From an uncultured Verrucomicrobiae bacterium (GTDB lineage Bacteria; Verrucomicrobiota; Verrucomicrobiia; Limisphaerales; Palsa-1400), in contig CAVPOM010000015.1 of assembly GCA_963707025.1 (NCBI GenBank), positions 96,001-160,000 of the forward strand: a stretch of DNA of 64,000 nt, given 5' to 3'. Below are positions 19,101 through 29,222 of this stretch, piece by piece (within the stretch, counting starts at the first letter, position 1; every line of letters starts with the position of its first letter). The position numbers and the translations under genes are program-made. The notes beneath the pieces were generated by a model. The model saw only the letters and a program-made list of their open reading frames with translations, was not told where the DNA came from and ran no database searches.

Positions 19101-19178
19101 AAGTCTGCTCTTTCTTATCTACAGCAAACCGGCAAAAATCGAAACTTACCTGTGGTCTAAAAATAGGGGTCCAGCTCA

Positions 19179-19615
19179 AACTGCCTCTGTCAGAGCAGCC
19201 TCCTGCAAAGCGACGAAAACTGCCCGACTTGAAATTTCGCTACGGAGGGCAGAGAGAGGCTCTCTACTTCCGCTTCGAGGCAAAGAAACTCGCGGGGACT
19301 GGCGACTTTGCCGACCTGATCAGCCACGAGGATGGATTGGGCCGTTTTTTGCGTAGGGTGTATGGCCGCGAGGATGAAGCGGGCGGTTTGCTCGGATACG
19401 TTCAGACCGAATCACCGGAAGAGCACGCAGAGCGCGTGAGGACGGCTTTGGTAACGGACCCGAAGAAATATCGAGTAAGTGCAAACGGGGAGTGGACCGC
19501 CGCGAGTTGGAAGAACGGTCCTAAATGCAGTTTCCGAGCTGTCCATTCACGGGAGTGCGCATCTGTGATTGTGATTTTCTATTCTTTTCTGTCTTTCCGC
19601 CCACTGCTTTATTGA
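19179..19615 (+). pseudogene. C-terminal remnant of a possible PD-(D/E)XK nuclease-like protein
   Basis: PDLKFRY...FRFEAKKL...GLGRF...GGLLGYVQ; no start remains after the IS3 end. Confidence 0.5.
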
Positions 19616-19677
19616 TCGAGGGCCGTAGTAGGTAGCGGAAGGTGCGCGGCCAGGGAACGATGGTTTATGAAGATAAT

Positions 19678-19702
19678 GCGGCGGTCGCAGACCGCCGCTA
19701 CA
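19678..19702 (-). repeat. GTAG-type REP palindrome
   Basis: Minus strand reads TGTAGCGGCGGTCTGCGACCGCCGC, directly after a stop codon. Confidence 0.7.
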
Positions 19703-22564
19703 TTATTGGCCGGGGGCCAGGGCGGAGGCCAGGAGTTCGGCCATGTGCCGGGGATGCGCGGAGGTGAGATGGGCGATTTGATGGCGACAACTGGTGCCGG
19801 AGGCTACCAGGATGGCATCGGCGGGCTGGGTTTGGATTTTCTCAATGAGCGGTTGGGCGATTTTCAGGGAGAGTTCGTACTTGGAGGCAAGCGCGCCAAA
19901 GGCGCCAGCCATGCCGCAGCAGCCGGTGTCCAGCAGGGTGACGCGGCGCCCGGGCAAACGCCGCGCCAGCCGGGCCATGAAGACCGGATCGGCCAGGGAC
20001 TTGGCGTGGCAATGGGCGTGGATGGCAACGGCGCCAGGCTGTTCGTTGAAGCGCAGGGCCTGCGCCTCGCGCGCCAGGAGGTCTTCAATGAATTGCTCGA
20101 AAAGAAAGCAGCGGGCGGCGATTTTCTCCGCGCCGGCCAGGTTCAATTCGCGATAGTCTTCGGCGAACATGGAATAGCAGGAGGGTTCGAGAAAAAGCAC
20201 GGGCGGATTGGCGGGGTCGGCGAGGATTTGCAGGTTGTGGCGGCCCAGGCTGGCGGCTTCGTCGAGATTGCCCTGGCTGAAGGCGGGCCGGCCGCAGCAA
20301 TGGCGGTCGCGCGGCAGGACCACTTCAAACCCGGCCGCTTGGAGCACCGCCACCGCCGCGATGCCAATGTGCGGCTCGTGGTAGCGCACGAAGGTGTCGT
20401 CCCACAGGATGACACGGCCGCGGGCGGGCTGGGCTGGATCGCGCCCCGGGCGCGGCGCTGCATCGCCACGGGCGTGTTGGGCGAACCAATGGTCGAAGCG
20501 TTGCGCGGCGTAAGGCGGGAAGGGGCGCCGGGCGGCCAGGCCGAGGGTTTTTTCGAGCGCGGCGCGCAACCAGCGCCAGCGGAGAGCCGGGTTGGCCAAG
20601 CCGGGCATAAGACAGCCCAAGCGGCCCAGGAGATCCACGGAACTGATGAGGCGTTCGCGCCAGGGCAAGCCGTCGCGCTGATGGCGGGCATGGAGCAGTT
20701 CGGCTCTGAGCAGGGCGAGATTGACGTTGGAGGGGCATTCGCCGGAACAGGCTTTGCAGGAGAGGCAGTTGCCCAGGGCGGCTTCCAATTCGGCCGAGCG
20801 CAGAGGGTCGCCGCTGACGCCGCGCAATTCCAGGGCGGCGCGAATGGCGTTGGCGCGGCCGCGGGTGGACATGATTTCCTCGCCGGTGACGACAAAGGTG
20901 GGGCACATGGTGGGCGCGTCCTTGCGACAACCGCCGCAGCCGTTGCATTGTTCCAGGTTGGCGACGAAAGAGCCGTCCTTGGCGGCGAAAACCAGGACGG
21001 GCTGGAAGGGGAGTTGGAGGGGAGGGCCGGTTTGGCGCAGGCAGGTGTCAATGCGGTAACGGCCGTCGGGAATGATTTTGCCGGGGTTGAAAGCGTTTTT
21101 GGGATCGAAGGCGGCTTTGATTTGGCGGGTCAGTTGCATCAACTCCGGCCCGAGATGATCGGGCACGTACTCGGTGTGGGCCATGCCGACGCCATGTTCG
21201 CCGGCGATGGAGCCTTTGAACTGGCGGACGAGGGCGGAAACCTGATCGCTGATCTGGCGCAGTTTAAGGCGGTCGGGAGCGCAATGGAGATCGAGCACGG
21301 GGCGGACATGGAGGAGACCGGAAGCAGCGTGGCCGTAAAAGGAGCCGCGCAAGCCCAGAGGTTGGAGCAGGGATTGCAGGCCGGCCACGTAGGCGGGCAG
21401 ATCGGCCGGACGCACCGCGGTGTCCTCGATGCAGGTCACCGGCTTGGCGTCGCCCTTGCAGCCGGTCAGGAGGGACAAACCGGCTTTGCGCATGGCCCAA
21501 ACGAGGTTCATCCGGGCGGGATTGTCAAGAATGGCGGTGCGGAGGCCGAGGCGTTTCTGCGCGAGCAACGCGAGGCGTTCGGCAACATTCTCATCGAAGA
21601 ATTCCACCAGGAGGATGGCTTCGCAGGGTTGGAGGTCCAGTTGGAGCAGATCGCGCGCGGCCTGGAATTGAAGCTGGCCCCGGGTTTGATCGAGGAGCAG
21701 GCGGTCCATGTGTTCGATGGCGGCGGGTTTCAAGTCGAGCAGTTCGACGGTGGCCTGCATGGCGTCGGCCACGGAGGCGAAAAAAATCAGGCCCACGCCC
21801 CTAGACTTGGGGAGGGGCACGATTTTCAGTTCGGCGGAGGTGATGGCGGCCAGAGTCCCTTCGCTGCCGGCCAGGAGATGGCTGAGATTATCCGGATCGC
21901 GCCGGAAGCGGTCCAAGTCGTAGCCTGGTCGGCGTTTCAACAAGCCGGGGGCAAAATGTTCCTGAATGGCCGGGGCGTGGTCGCGCATCAATTGGGCGAG
22001 CAACCGGCGCTGGGCCGCCAGGGAATCGTGCGGGGCGGCGGTTTGGGCGATGCGGCCGTCGGCCAGGACGATTTCGAGGGAGAGGACGTGATCGGCCGTC
22101 AGGCCGTAGAAGGGCACATGGGAGCCGGAGGAGTTGTTGGCGATCATGCCGCCCAAAGTGGCGCGGGAGCTGGTGGCCACGTCCGGCCCGAAACAAAAAC
22201 CGTGCGGTTTAAGGAAAGCGTTGAGTTGGTCCAGGATCACGCCGGCGCCGACGCGAACGGCGCGGCGTTCCAGGTCCAGTGCGGTGATCTGACGGTTATG
22301 GCGCGAGAAATCAACGACCAGGCCCGCGCCAATCGCGCCGCCGGCCAGGCCGGTGCCGGCGCCGCGCGGGATGATGTCCAGGCCCGCCTCCGCCGCGGCG
22401 CGGATCAGGGCCGCGGCCTGAAGGGCGTTGCGGGGGAAGGCGACGGCCAGCGGCTCGATCTGATAAAGGGAGGCGTCGGTGGCGTAAAGCTGGCGCGTCA
22501 GGTTGTCGAACGCGACATCACCATTGGCGGCGGCGAGCAGCGAATTTTGTTGGGCCGAAGTCAT
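19703..22564 (-). CDS. FAD-linked oxidase / Fe-S oxidoreductase fusion (GlcD-GlcF, YdiJ-like)
   Basis: YATDAS, RGAGTGLAG, GGMIANNSSG, GEHGVG, CNGCGGC, CLSCKACSGECP, CCG domains. Confidence 0.92.
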   Translation of the reverse strand: MTSAQQNSLLAAANGDVAFDNLTRQLYATDASLYQIEPLAVAFPRNALQAAALIRAAAEAGLDIIPRGAGTGLAGGAIGAGLVVDFSRHNRQITALDLERRAVRVGAGVILDQLNAFLKPHGFCFGPDVATSSRATLGGMIANNSSGSHVPFYGLTADHVLSLEIVLADGRIAQTAAPHDSLAAQRRLLAQLMRDHAPAIQEHFAPGLLKRRPGYDLDRFRRDPDNLSHLLAGSEGTLAAITSAELKIVPLPKSRGVGLIFFASVADAMQATVELLDLKPAAIEHMDRLLLDQTRGQLQFQAARDLLQLDLQPCEAILLVEFFDENVAERLALLAQKRLGLRTAILDNPARMNLVWAMRKAGLSLLTGCKGDAKPVTCIEDTAVRPADLPAYVAGLQSLLQPLGLRGSFYGHAASGLLHVRPVLDLHCAPDRLKLRQISDQVSALVRQFKGSIAGEHGVGMAHTEYVPDHLGPELMQLTRQIKAAFDPKNAFNPGKIIPDGRYRIDTCLRQTGPPLQLPFQPVLVFAAKDGSFVANLEQCNGCGGCRKDAPTMCPTFVVTGEEIMSTRGRANAIRAALELRGVSGDPLRSAELEAALGNCLSCKACSGECPSNVNLALLRAELLHARHQRDGLPWRERLISSVDLLGRLGCLMPGLANPALRWRWLRAALEKTLGLAARRPFPPYAAQRFDHWFAQHARGDAAPRPGRDPAQPARGRVILWDDTFVRYHEPHIGIAAVAVLQAAGFEVVLPRDRHCCGRPAFSQGNLDEAASLGRHNLQILADPANPPVLFLEPSCYSMFAEDYRELNLAGAEKIAARCFLFEQFIEDLLAREAQALRFNEQPGAVAIHAHCHAKSLADPVFMARLARRLPGRRVTLLDTGCCGMAGAFGALASKYELSLKIAQPLIEKIQTQPADAILVASGTSCRHQIAHLTSAHPRHMAELLASALAPGQ

Positions 22565-22727
22565 GCCGATGGGTTCGATGTGGAGAAGCTAGCGGCGGAG
22601 TGTGAGGATGACAAGCCGACAAGCGTTTGCCCGCGAGCCACGCGCCAGCTTTCAGGATTCGCACGGAGTGGGCCGGTCGCGTCGCGAATTCTTGCGCCGG
22701 GCGGCGCGTGGATGCATATTGATCTGC

Positions 22728-23837
22728 ATGAGAACGCACCGCCAGACCCGTCGTGAATTCATCCGCACAACCTCGCTGGCCGTCGCCGCCGCGCCGTGGC
22801 TGGCCGCCGGGCCGTCCCAAGCCGGCGCGCTTGACCCCGACCGCAAGATCGGGTTCGCCCTGTGCGGCCTGGGCGGATTGAGCACCGGCCAGCTCGCTCC
22901 CGCCTTGCAAGCGACCAAACATTGCCGCCTGGCTGGCATCATCACCGGCACACCGGCCAAGGCGGTCGCCTGGAAGGCAAAATACAACATCCCGGATCGG
23001 AACATCTACAACTACGAGACGATGAGCAACCTGGCGGACAACCCGGACATTGACGTCGTCTATGTGGTCACGCCCAATGCCTTGCACGGCGACCTGGCCA
23101 TCAAGGCGGCCCAGGCGGGCAAACATGTGCTGAGCGAAAAGCCGATGGAAGTGTCGGTGGAAAAATGCCAAAAAATGATTGACGCATGCAAGGCGGCCCA
23201 CCGGATGCTGGCCATCGGCTATCGCAACCGCTTCGAGCCGCACACCCTGGAATGCATCCGGCTGGCGCGGGAAAAGGTCTTCGGCCCGGTCAAAACGATC
23301 GAGGCCTCTTTCGGTTTCGCCATCGGCGATCCCAACCAATGGCGTCTCAAGCACGCGCTCTCCGGCGGCGGGGCGCTGATGGATGTGGGCATCTACGCGT
23401 TGCAAACCGCCCGCTACATCAGCGGCCAGGAGCCCGTCGAGGTTTCGGCCAGAGAAGTCAAAACCGACCCGGTGAAATTCAAGGAAGTGGACGAAACGAT
23501 GGCCTTTCAACTCAAATTCCCCGACGGCGTAACCGCTTCCTGCCAGACGACATTCAAATCTTTCGGCATGAACAGCTACATTGTCCACGCGGAGAAGGGG
23601 TGGTTTGGGCTGGGTCCGGCCTATGGCTACAACGGGGTGCAGGGGCGGCGGAGCGACGGCCAGGCGATTGACTTACCGGAGGTGGATCAATTTGCCGCCG
23701 AGATGGACGATTTCTCGCAATGCATCCTGAACAACAAACCGACCATCGTGCCGGGCGAAGAGGGATTGCGCGACGTGAAAATCATGATGGCGATCTACGA
23801 GTCGGCCAAAACGGGCCAGCCGGTGAAGCTGGGTTAG
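22728..23837 (+). CDS. Tat-exported Gfo/Idh/MocA oxidoreductase (glucose-fructose oxidoreductase-like)
   Basis: TRREFI Tat motif, CGLGGL, HVLSEKPM, GGGALMDVGIY. Confidence 0.9.
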   Translation: MRTHRQTRREFIRTTSLAVAAAPWLAAGPSQAGALDPDRKIGFALCGLGGLSTGQLAPALQATKHCRLAGIITGTPAKAVAWKAKYNIPDRNIYNYETMSNLADNPDIDVVYVVTPNALHGDLAIKAAQAGKHVLSEKPMEVSVEKCQKMIDACKAAHRMLAIGYRNRFEPHTLECIRLAREKVFGPVKTIEASFGFAIGDPNQWRLKHALSGGGALMDVGIYALQTARYISGQEPVEVSAREVKTDPVKFKEVDETMAFQLKFPDGVTASCQTTFKSFGMNSYIVHAEKGWFGLGPAYGYNGVQGRRSDGQAIDLPEVDQFAAEMDDFSQCILNNKPTIVPGEEGLRDVKIMMAIYESAKTGQPVKLG

Positions 23838-24132
23838 GAGGCCGTTTCAAATTGCGGAATGCGGATGGTTCACCCTCCGGGGCGGTCCGGCCGGGAAGGA
23901 GGGCGGCTTTCCCTTTACCCGCTCCATTGAATATCAAGGACTTATGAATGGGTGCAGCAACGGTGCGGTAAAAGTAACCCCTCAAAAAATTGGCTGGTCG
24001 TGACGTCGCTGGATTCCGGCTTGCGCCCGGTAGTCGCCCGCCGCGCCAAGATTAAGGACTTGCTGGCGGTCGGATGCCTCGAAATCTGGCAACGGCAAAA
24101 GCGAACGCCCGTGAGGGTGGGGAAAATCCCGG

Positions 24133-25317
24133 TTATTCGACCCAGGAATAATCCTGGATGGCGTGCCACGGAAGGTAGGTCACACCGTTACGCTCCTGCT
24201 TTTCGGTTCCGCCATAGACCACCAGGGAAGACACCGCCTGCTTCGTTTTGGCGAACAGTTCGGTTATCTTCCGCGAACTGGCAGCCCAGTCGGAGGAAAT
24301 TGTCTGCCCGGCCTTGACCTCGACAATTTTCAAGCTCTTGCGCCCCTGCACCAGCGCATCCCCTTCCAAGCCGGCCTTGTCGCGGAAGAAATAAACGCCG
24401 TCGCTTTCGCCACGGTTAAACCGTTGCTTGATGATTTCTGAAACCACCCAGCATTCAAAAATCGCCCCCCGCAGCGGATGCAGGTCCAATTGCGCCGCCT
24501 CGCGAATGCCCAACAGCCAGCAGGCCAGCCCGGTGTCGTAGAAATGCAGCTTTGGCATTTTAATCAGCCGCTTGGAAATATTTCCGTGATAGCTGGGCAG
24601 CCGAAAGGCAATGAAGCTCGCCTCCAATACTGAGGACCAGGCTTTGGCCGTCGGTTGCGACACCCCGCAGTCGGCCGCCAAGGAGGAAAAATTGAGCAGT
24701 TGCGCCAGGCGGCCGGCGCTGAGTTGCACCAATCGCTGGAAGGCCGCCAAATCACCCACATTGGAGATTGAGCGAACATCCCGCTCCAAATACGTCGCCA
24801 CATACGAGGCCAGCCAGTCCGCAGGTCTCAACCTGCGGTCTAATATGCGGGGGTAGCCCCCGGTTAAAAGCGTTTCATTCAGGGTCTTTGGATGATGGGA
24901 AAACCCAACCACTTCATGCCGTGACAAGGGCAGCAGATACACCACCGCCGAACGTCCCGCCAGCGACTGGCTGGTTGATTCCATCACGGAAAGATTATGT
25001 GAGCCAGTCAAAATCCACCGCCCCGGAGCTGGCTCCCGATCAATTACTTCCTGTAAATAGGAGACAAGCTGCGGTGTCTTTTGAATCTCATCCAAAACCG
25101 CCCCCTTCGGAAATTGCTTGAGGAAGCCTCTCGGATCTTCGGAGGCAAACGCCCGCACGTCCGGAGACTCCAGGGTTGCATAGGGCAAATTGGCAAAAAC
25201 CTTTTGACAAACGGTTGATTTGCCGCTTTGGCGTGGGCCGGTTAAAACGATGGCCGGGAATAGCCTGGCCAGCGTTTTTAGCCGGGGTTCGACATCACGA
25301 TCTATCATCACAGCCAC
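24133..25317 (-). CDS. AAA+ ATPase with DUF4143 domain
   Basis: GPRQSGKST Walker A, LDEIQ Walker B, SLAGR, TYLERD, PKLHFYDTGL, EVK. Confidence 0.9.
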   Translation of the reverse strand: MAVMIDRDVEPRLKTLARLFPAIVLTGPRQSGKSTVCQKVFANLPYATLESPDVRAFASEDPRGFLKQFPKGAVLDEIQKTPQLVSYLQEVIDREPAPGRWILTGSHNLSVMESTSQSLAGRSAVVYLLPLSRHEVVGFSHHPKTLNETLLTGGYPRILDRRLRPADWLASYVATYLERDVRSISNVGDLAAFQRLVQLSAGRLAQLLNFSSLAADCGVSQPTAKAWSSVLEASFIAFRLPSYHGNISKRLIKMPKLHFYDTGLACWLLGIREAAQLDLHPLRGAIFECWVVSEIIKQRFNRGESDGVYFFRDKAGLEGDALVQGRKSLKIVEVKAGQTISSDWAASSRKITELFAKTKQAVSSLVVYGGTEKQERNGVTYLPWHAIQDYSWVE

Positions 25318-25414
25318 AAATATAGGCTGTTGTCTGCTTCAAAGTCAAACTTTGAAATGGACAGGGCGGCCAGCAGGCATCCCATCGCCATTCCTGCCGT
25401 TTTTCTCAGATCTC

Positions 25415-25473
25415 ACCCAGGGCAGCTCGTTCCTCGCAACCCTGGGCTGCAAGATTCAATCCCGTTGGGATTG
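25415..25473. repeat. REP-like double hairpin
   Basis: CCCAGGG...CCCTGGG stem followed by CAATCCC-GTT-GGGATTG. Confidence 0.65.
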
Positions 25474-25544
25474 ATCAAACCAATGATGACGCTCCAAACG
25501 CCGCTTATCATTCCGCTGAGAACGTCGAGGAACGAGAATACTTT

Positions 25545-28500
25545 TTACTGTCTGCTGAACCAGACGCTGGAACTGCCGCCGCGATTGAGCCGGGCGTAGT
25601 TGGGAATGGCCAGGAGCGGGCTGCCGTTGGTGTAAGCGCCGGTGATTTCCCAGAAACCGCCCAGCAGGCTGGTGTGCTGGAGGGACAAAGGGGCGTTGGA
25701 GCCAAGCACCAGGCCGGTATTTTGATCCACGCTCTCGATATTGTAGATCAGCGGCCCATACTGCAAAGCGACCAACCCCACATTGGCGGCCACCTTGGTG
25801 GAACATCTGATTTGTTGAATGGCCATCGGCAACGCCAGGTCCACCCGGTCCCCCGCCGTCCACGTCCGGGTGATGACGGCATATCCATTGGTGACCCCCG
25901 GCGAAATGGGCGACCCATTCAACCGGAGGGAGGCCAGGCCGCTGATCGGCGGCGTGGGAGTATAAAGGGCGCTCAGGGTCCGGTTCGGCGCGCGGATGAA
26001 CAGGGTGAAAAGCGCCGGGGTGGAAGGGTTGACGGTGATGGCCACCGTGTTGGTCCAAGGATAATCGGTGGCTTGAACCATCGTCACCGTGGCGCCGGAG
26101 ATGTTGGAAATGGTGACGCTGCCGCCGATGAACAGATTGAGGTAAATGGCATTGGAGGAGCGGGCATACATCCAAGTGGGCAGTTGGAAAAGCGTTCTGG
26201 CGGCGTTGCCATAACAGCAGGGAACACCCGTCCAGGAAACGCGCGCCGCGCTGGAATTGAGCGGGTTGGGATAGAAGATATTGCTGGCCTGGTCGTCGAG
26301 GGAGCCGAGGACTTCATTATAGAGGACGTTCTCCATCAGGTCGGCATATTTGGCATCCTGACAGGCGAGGTTCATCTTGTGGAAGAAAAACAGAGAGCCG
26401 CAACCGGCGCAGGTTTCGCAATAGGATGCATTGGGCAGCGAATAGTTGTTGCCAAAGCCCTCGGAGGTCTCGCCGCTGCCCGCCCCGCCCGTCAGGTAGT
26501 ATTTTTTATTGACGAAATTATCGAAGAACGACAGCGCCGCGCTTTGATAGTCCGGAGTCTGGGTTTCGATGGCCACATCGGCCACGCCGGAACAGAGGTA
26601 TTGGCTGCGCACGGCGTGGCCCACGACCTCATATTGCTGTTTGACCGGCAACTGGCTCTGGTCGTAGTCGGCGCCGTCGTTTTCCGCCGCGTTGGCGGCG
26701 GGAGTGCCCCGGCAATCCATCAGGAACTTGGCCAAGTTGATATACTTCTGGCCGTTGGTCGGTCCCTCGAATTCATTGACGAAGCGTCCCAGATGCACCA
26801 GGGCCTGTTCCATGTTCTCATGTCCGTCGAACCAGCTCTTGACGCCCGGCCCCAGATGGGCGCACCAGCAATCGGCCAGCTTTTTGGCGGCGTTGTAGAA
26901 GGTGGGATCGGTCCGGCCCGTGCTCAGAAAATGCGCCAGACCGGCTTCGATAAAATAACCGCCCACGTAGCCTTCGTGATCGGTGTTAATGGTCCAGCGG
27001 CCCAGACCCCGCAGGGTCGTATAGGTGTGCAGATAGCCGTCGGACTCCTGGGCGCTGAGAATGAGCGGAATCCAATAAGCCAGATTGGTCTGGAAGGCGG
27101 CCTGGGCGGCGAGGATGGCAGGATCACCCTGCGCATTATAGGTCAGCGCATAGCTCATGGCTTCGACGGTGTTCAAGGTGTAGGCGTCCGCCCACGGGTC
27201 CACATTGGGCACCGCATAGGCCCGTCCCGCCAGTTTGTTGCCGGCCTGAATGAAACTGTAGATGTTGCCCTGCGCCAGATTGGTGTTGTTCAGTTGTGCG
27301 TAAAGGTGGGGAATCCAATGGACGAGGGTGTTTTTCAACCGGTAATTCCAGAGCGAACTGTTGATGAGGTAGGAATTCTTTTCCACATACACCGGCAGGG
27401 CATGGGCCGCCGGAAACGGAGGCGCCACGGTCAGGTTCAGCGTGTTGCTGCTGTAGTATTGACCATCAAAGGCCGTCAATTGAATCACCGCCGGGCCGGA
27501 AGGCCCGCCCACGGCGGCGCTGGTGACCAAGGCGCTGGCATTGCTGAAAGCGACGGTGTTCGCGCCGGAGGCCAGACTCCACGCCACAACCGGGTGGAGG
27601 TAAAGCTTGCCGTCGTCCTGCACGGTTCCTGTCAAATAAGTGTTTCCGCCCACCACCACCTCGCGATCCACGCCGCCGCCCACGCTGGGGGGAAAGTTGG
27701 CCGAAGCGCCCGTGTCATAAACCTTCCATTGCAAGATGCCGGTGGACTGGGTCCCGGCGGAAGTGAACAAGAGCCGGAGCGCCGTGGTGGTAACGGGTGT
27801 AAAAGTGGTGGTGTTAAACTGGTTGGAGGACACTCCCAGCCCGACCGGGTTGCCCACCAAATCCCAGTTGGTCCCGTCCCAGTATTCGAGGCTGCAGGAG
27901 CTTGGGGCGGAGATGCCGGCGCCATCCTCCCACCAATAAACGTCCATCCTGGCGGTGTTGATGGGCTGGCTCCAATCGTATTCCACCCATTGCGTCCCGG
28001 TTTGCGGCCAATTGCCGTAGGCTCCCTGGCTGTCGTCGGCGGAGCTGGATGGATTGTCACCATTCTGGATGACGCCGAGGGTTTGCCACGCGGATACATA
28101 GGAGGTGGCCGGCGTGGCCAACGGGCCGAGATTGATGCCGGGCGGCAACGAATCAAACTGCGCAATGCGATAAAATCCCGCCGGCGCCATCGCCCCGCCC
28201 CGCTGGAGATACGACATCAGGGAGTTGGTGGCCTGAACGGGGATCGGGAAAAGATTCTCCCAGTTCGCCGGCGCCAAGGAAGCGGCGTATTGCACCAGGT
28301 AATACTGGGTTGGATTGCCGTTGAAAGTAATATTCACATTGGTCCCTTGCACGGCCGCCTGCGCCAAAAGCGGAGGGGGCGGCGGGCCGAGTTGGACCAG
28401 AAAAACGCGGTCGCCCACCAGGATGTTGCACGCATTGTCCGGCCCGCCACTTTCGCCCAACGTGCTGCCATTGTAGGCCGCGCCGCCGGCATAGACATCG

Positions 28501-29114
28501 TTGGAAGTGCCGAGGCACTCGAAGTAAGCCGTGACGGTGGGACTGCTGACATCAAATCCGTAAGTCTTGCCAGGGGCCAGTGTGAAGGGATTGGCGAAGG
28601 CGAATCGCAACCACATCCCGTCGCCGTTGGTCGAACTGTGCGCGCCTGACCAGCCCTCTGTCCCCGTCGTGGTGTAAGTTTCGCTATAGAGGACAAAGCC
28701 CGCCGTGCCGGCCTGGGCCGGATCGGTCACGCGGATGGAGAGGGTGATGCCGCTGTTCATTTCCCAGTAAGTGAGCGCGGTATTGGCCGTATAGCCGGCG
28801 TGTTGCAGCCAGACCGACGCCATCGCGTAGCCGCCGGGATTATTGCCGGTGGTGAAGGTCTGGCCCTGGTCGGGACGGTCGCCGGCCACATAGGTGAAGG
28901 CATCGTTGGCCTGGCCGTCGGCGAAAGCGGAGCCGTTGCCCACGTTGGCGCCGTCGTGACTGGCGCCAACAAAGTTGCAGATATCATTGGGTCCCGGTGT
29001 TGGGGCGGTGGTGGAAAAGGTGAGTGTGGCCGCCCAACCGGACCACGCCAGGCCCAGCAGCGCCCAGGCCAGCCATGCCCCGGTGGAAATCGGATGTGGC
29101 GTGCGCAATTTCAT
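25545..29114 (-). CDS. Secreted multidomain GH127-like glycoside hydrolase (beta-L-arabinofuranosidase family)
   Basis: Signal peptide; HEGY, GHAVR, SEGFG, YCETCA, PCC motifs; discoidin-like and Ig-like N-terminal modules. Confidence 0.85.
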   Translation of the reverse strand: MKLRTPHPISTGAWLAWALLGLAWSGWAATLTFSTTAPTPGPNDICNFVGASHDGANVGNGSAFADGQANDAFTYVAGDRPDQGQTFTTGNNPGGYAMASVWLQHAGYTANTALTYWEMNSGITLSIRVTDPAQAGTAGFVLYSETYTTTGTEGWSGAHSSTNGDGMWLRFAFANPFTLAPGKTYGFDVSSPTVTAYFECLGTSNDVYAGGAAYNGSTLGESGGPDNACNILVGDRVFLVQLGPPPPPLLAQAAVQGTNVNITFNGNPTQYYLVQYAASLAPANWENLFPIPVQATNSLMSYLQRGGAMAPAGFYRIAQFDSLPPGINLGPLATPATSYVSAWQTLGVIQNGDNPSSSADDSQGAYGNWPQTGTQWVEYDWSQPINTARMDVYWWEDGAGISAPSSCSLEYWDGTNWDLVGNPVGLGVSSNQFNTTTFTPVTTTALRLLFTSAGTQSTGILQWKVYDTGASANFPPSVGGGVDREVVVGGNTYLTGTVQDDGKLYLHPVVAWSLASGANTVAFSNASALVTSAAVGGPSGPAVIQLTAFDGQYYSSNTLNLTVAPPFPAAHALPVYVEKNSYLINSSLWNYRLKNTLVHWIPHLYAQLNNTNLAQGNIYSFIQAGNKLAGRAYAVPNVDPWADAYTLNTVEAMSYALTYNAQGDPAILAAQAAFQTNLAYWIPLILSAQESDGYLHTYTTLRGLGRWTINTDHEGYVGGYFIEAGLAHFLSTGRTDPTFYNAAKKLADCWCAHLGPGVKSWFDGHENMEQALVHLGRFVNEFEGPTNGQKYINLAKFLMDCRGTPAANAAENDGADYDQSQLPVKQQYEVVGHAVRSQYLCSGVADVAIETQTPDYQSAALSFFDNFVNKKYYLTGGAGSGETSEGFGNNYSLPNASYCETCAGCGSLFFFHKMNLACQDAKYADLMENVLYNEVLGSLDDQASNIFYPNPLNSSAARVSWTGVPCCYGNAARTLFQLPTWMYARSSNAIYLNLFIGGSVTISNISGATVTMVQATDYPWTNTVAITVNPSTPALFTLFIRAPNRTLSALYTPTPPISGLASLRLNGSPISPGVTNGYAVITRTWTAGDRVDLALPMAIQQIRCSTKVAANVGLVALQYGPLIYNIESVDQNTGLVLGSNAPLSLQHTSLLGGFWEITGAYTNGSPLLAIPNYARLNRGGSSSVWFSRQ

Positions 29115-29222
29115 GGGCTCCTTGGTTGTCGCTTAATGGTCCCAGAGAATACCCCTGGCGCTCACAAAAGGCAAATGAAGCTGAGATTTCCAGTATTGCG
29201 CCGGGGCGCGGCGATGTCAAAT

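Larger units (their letters stand above)
18364..19178 (-). mobile_element. IS3-family insertion sequence, right end deleted
   Basis: Left end TGAGCTGGACCCC at 19178; orfA and orfB linked by an A8G slippery run; orfB stops after VMDWWSRYVLGW. Confidence 0.9.

Noticed and set aside
19667..22756. 1029-aa plus-strand ORF
   Set aside because: Antisense shadow of the FAD/Fe-S oxidoreductase, expected in high-GC DNA
25674..28649. 991-aa plus-strand ORF
   Set aside because: Antisense shadow of the GH127-like gene
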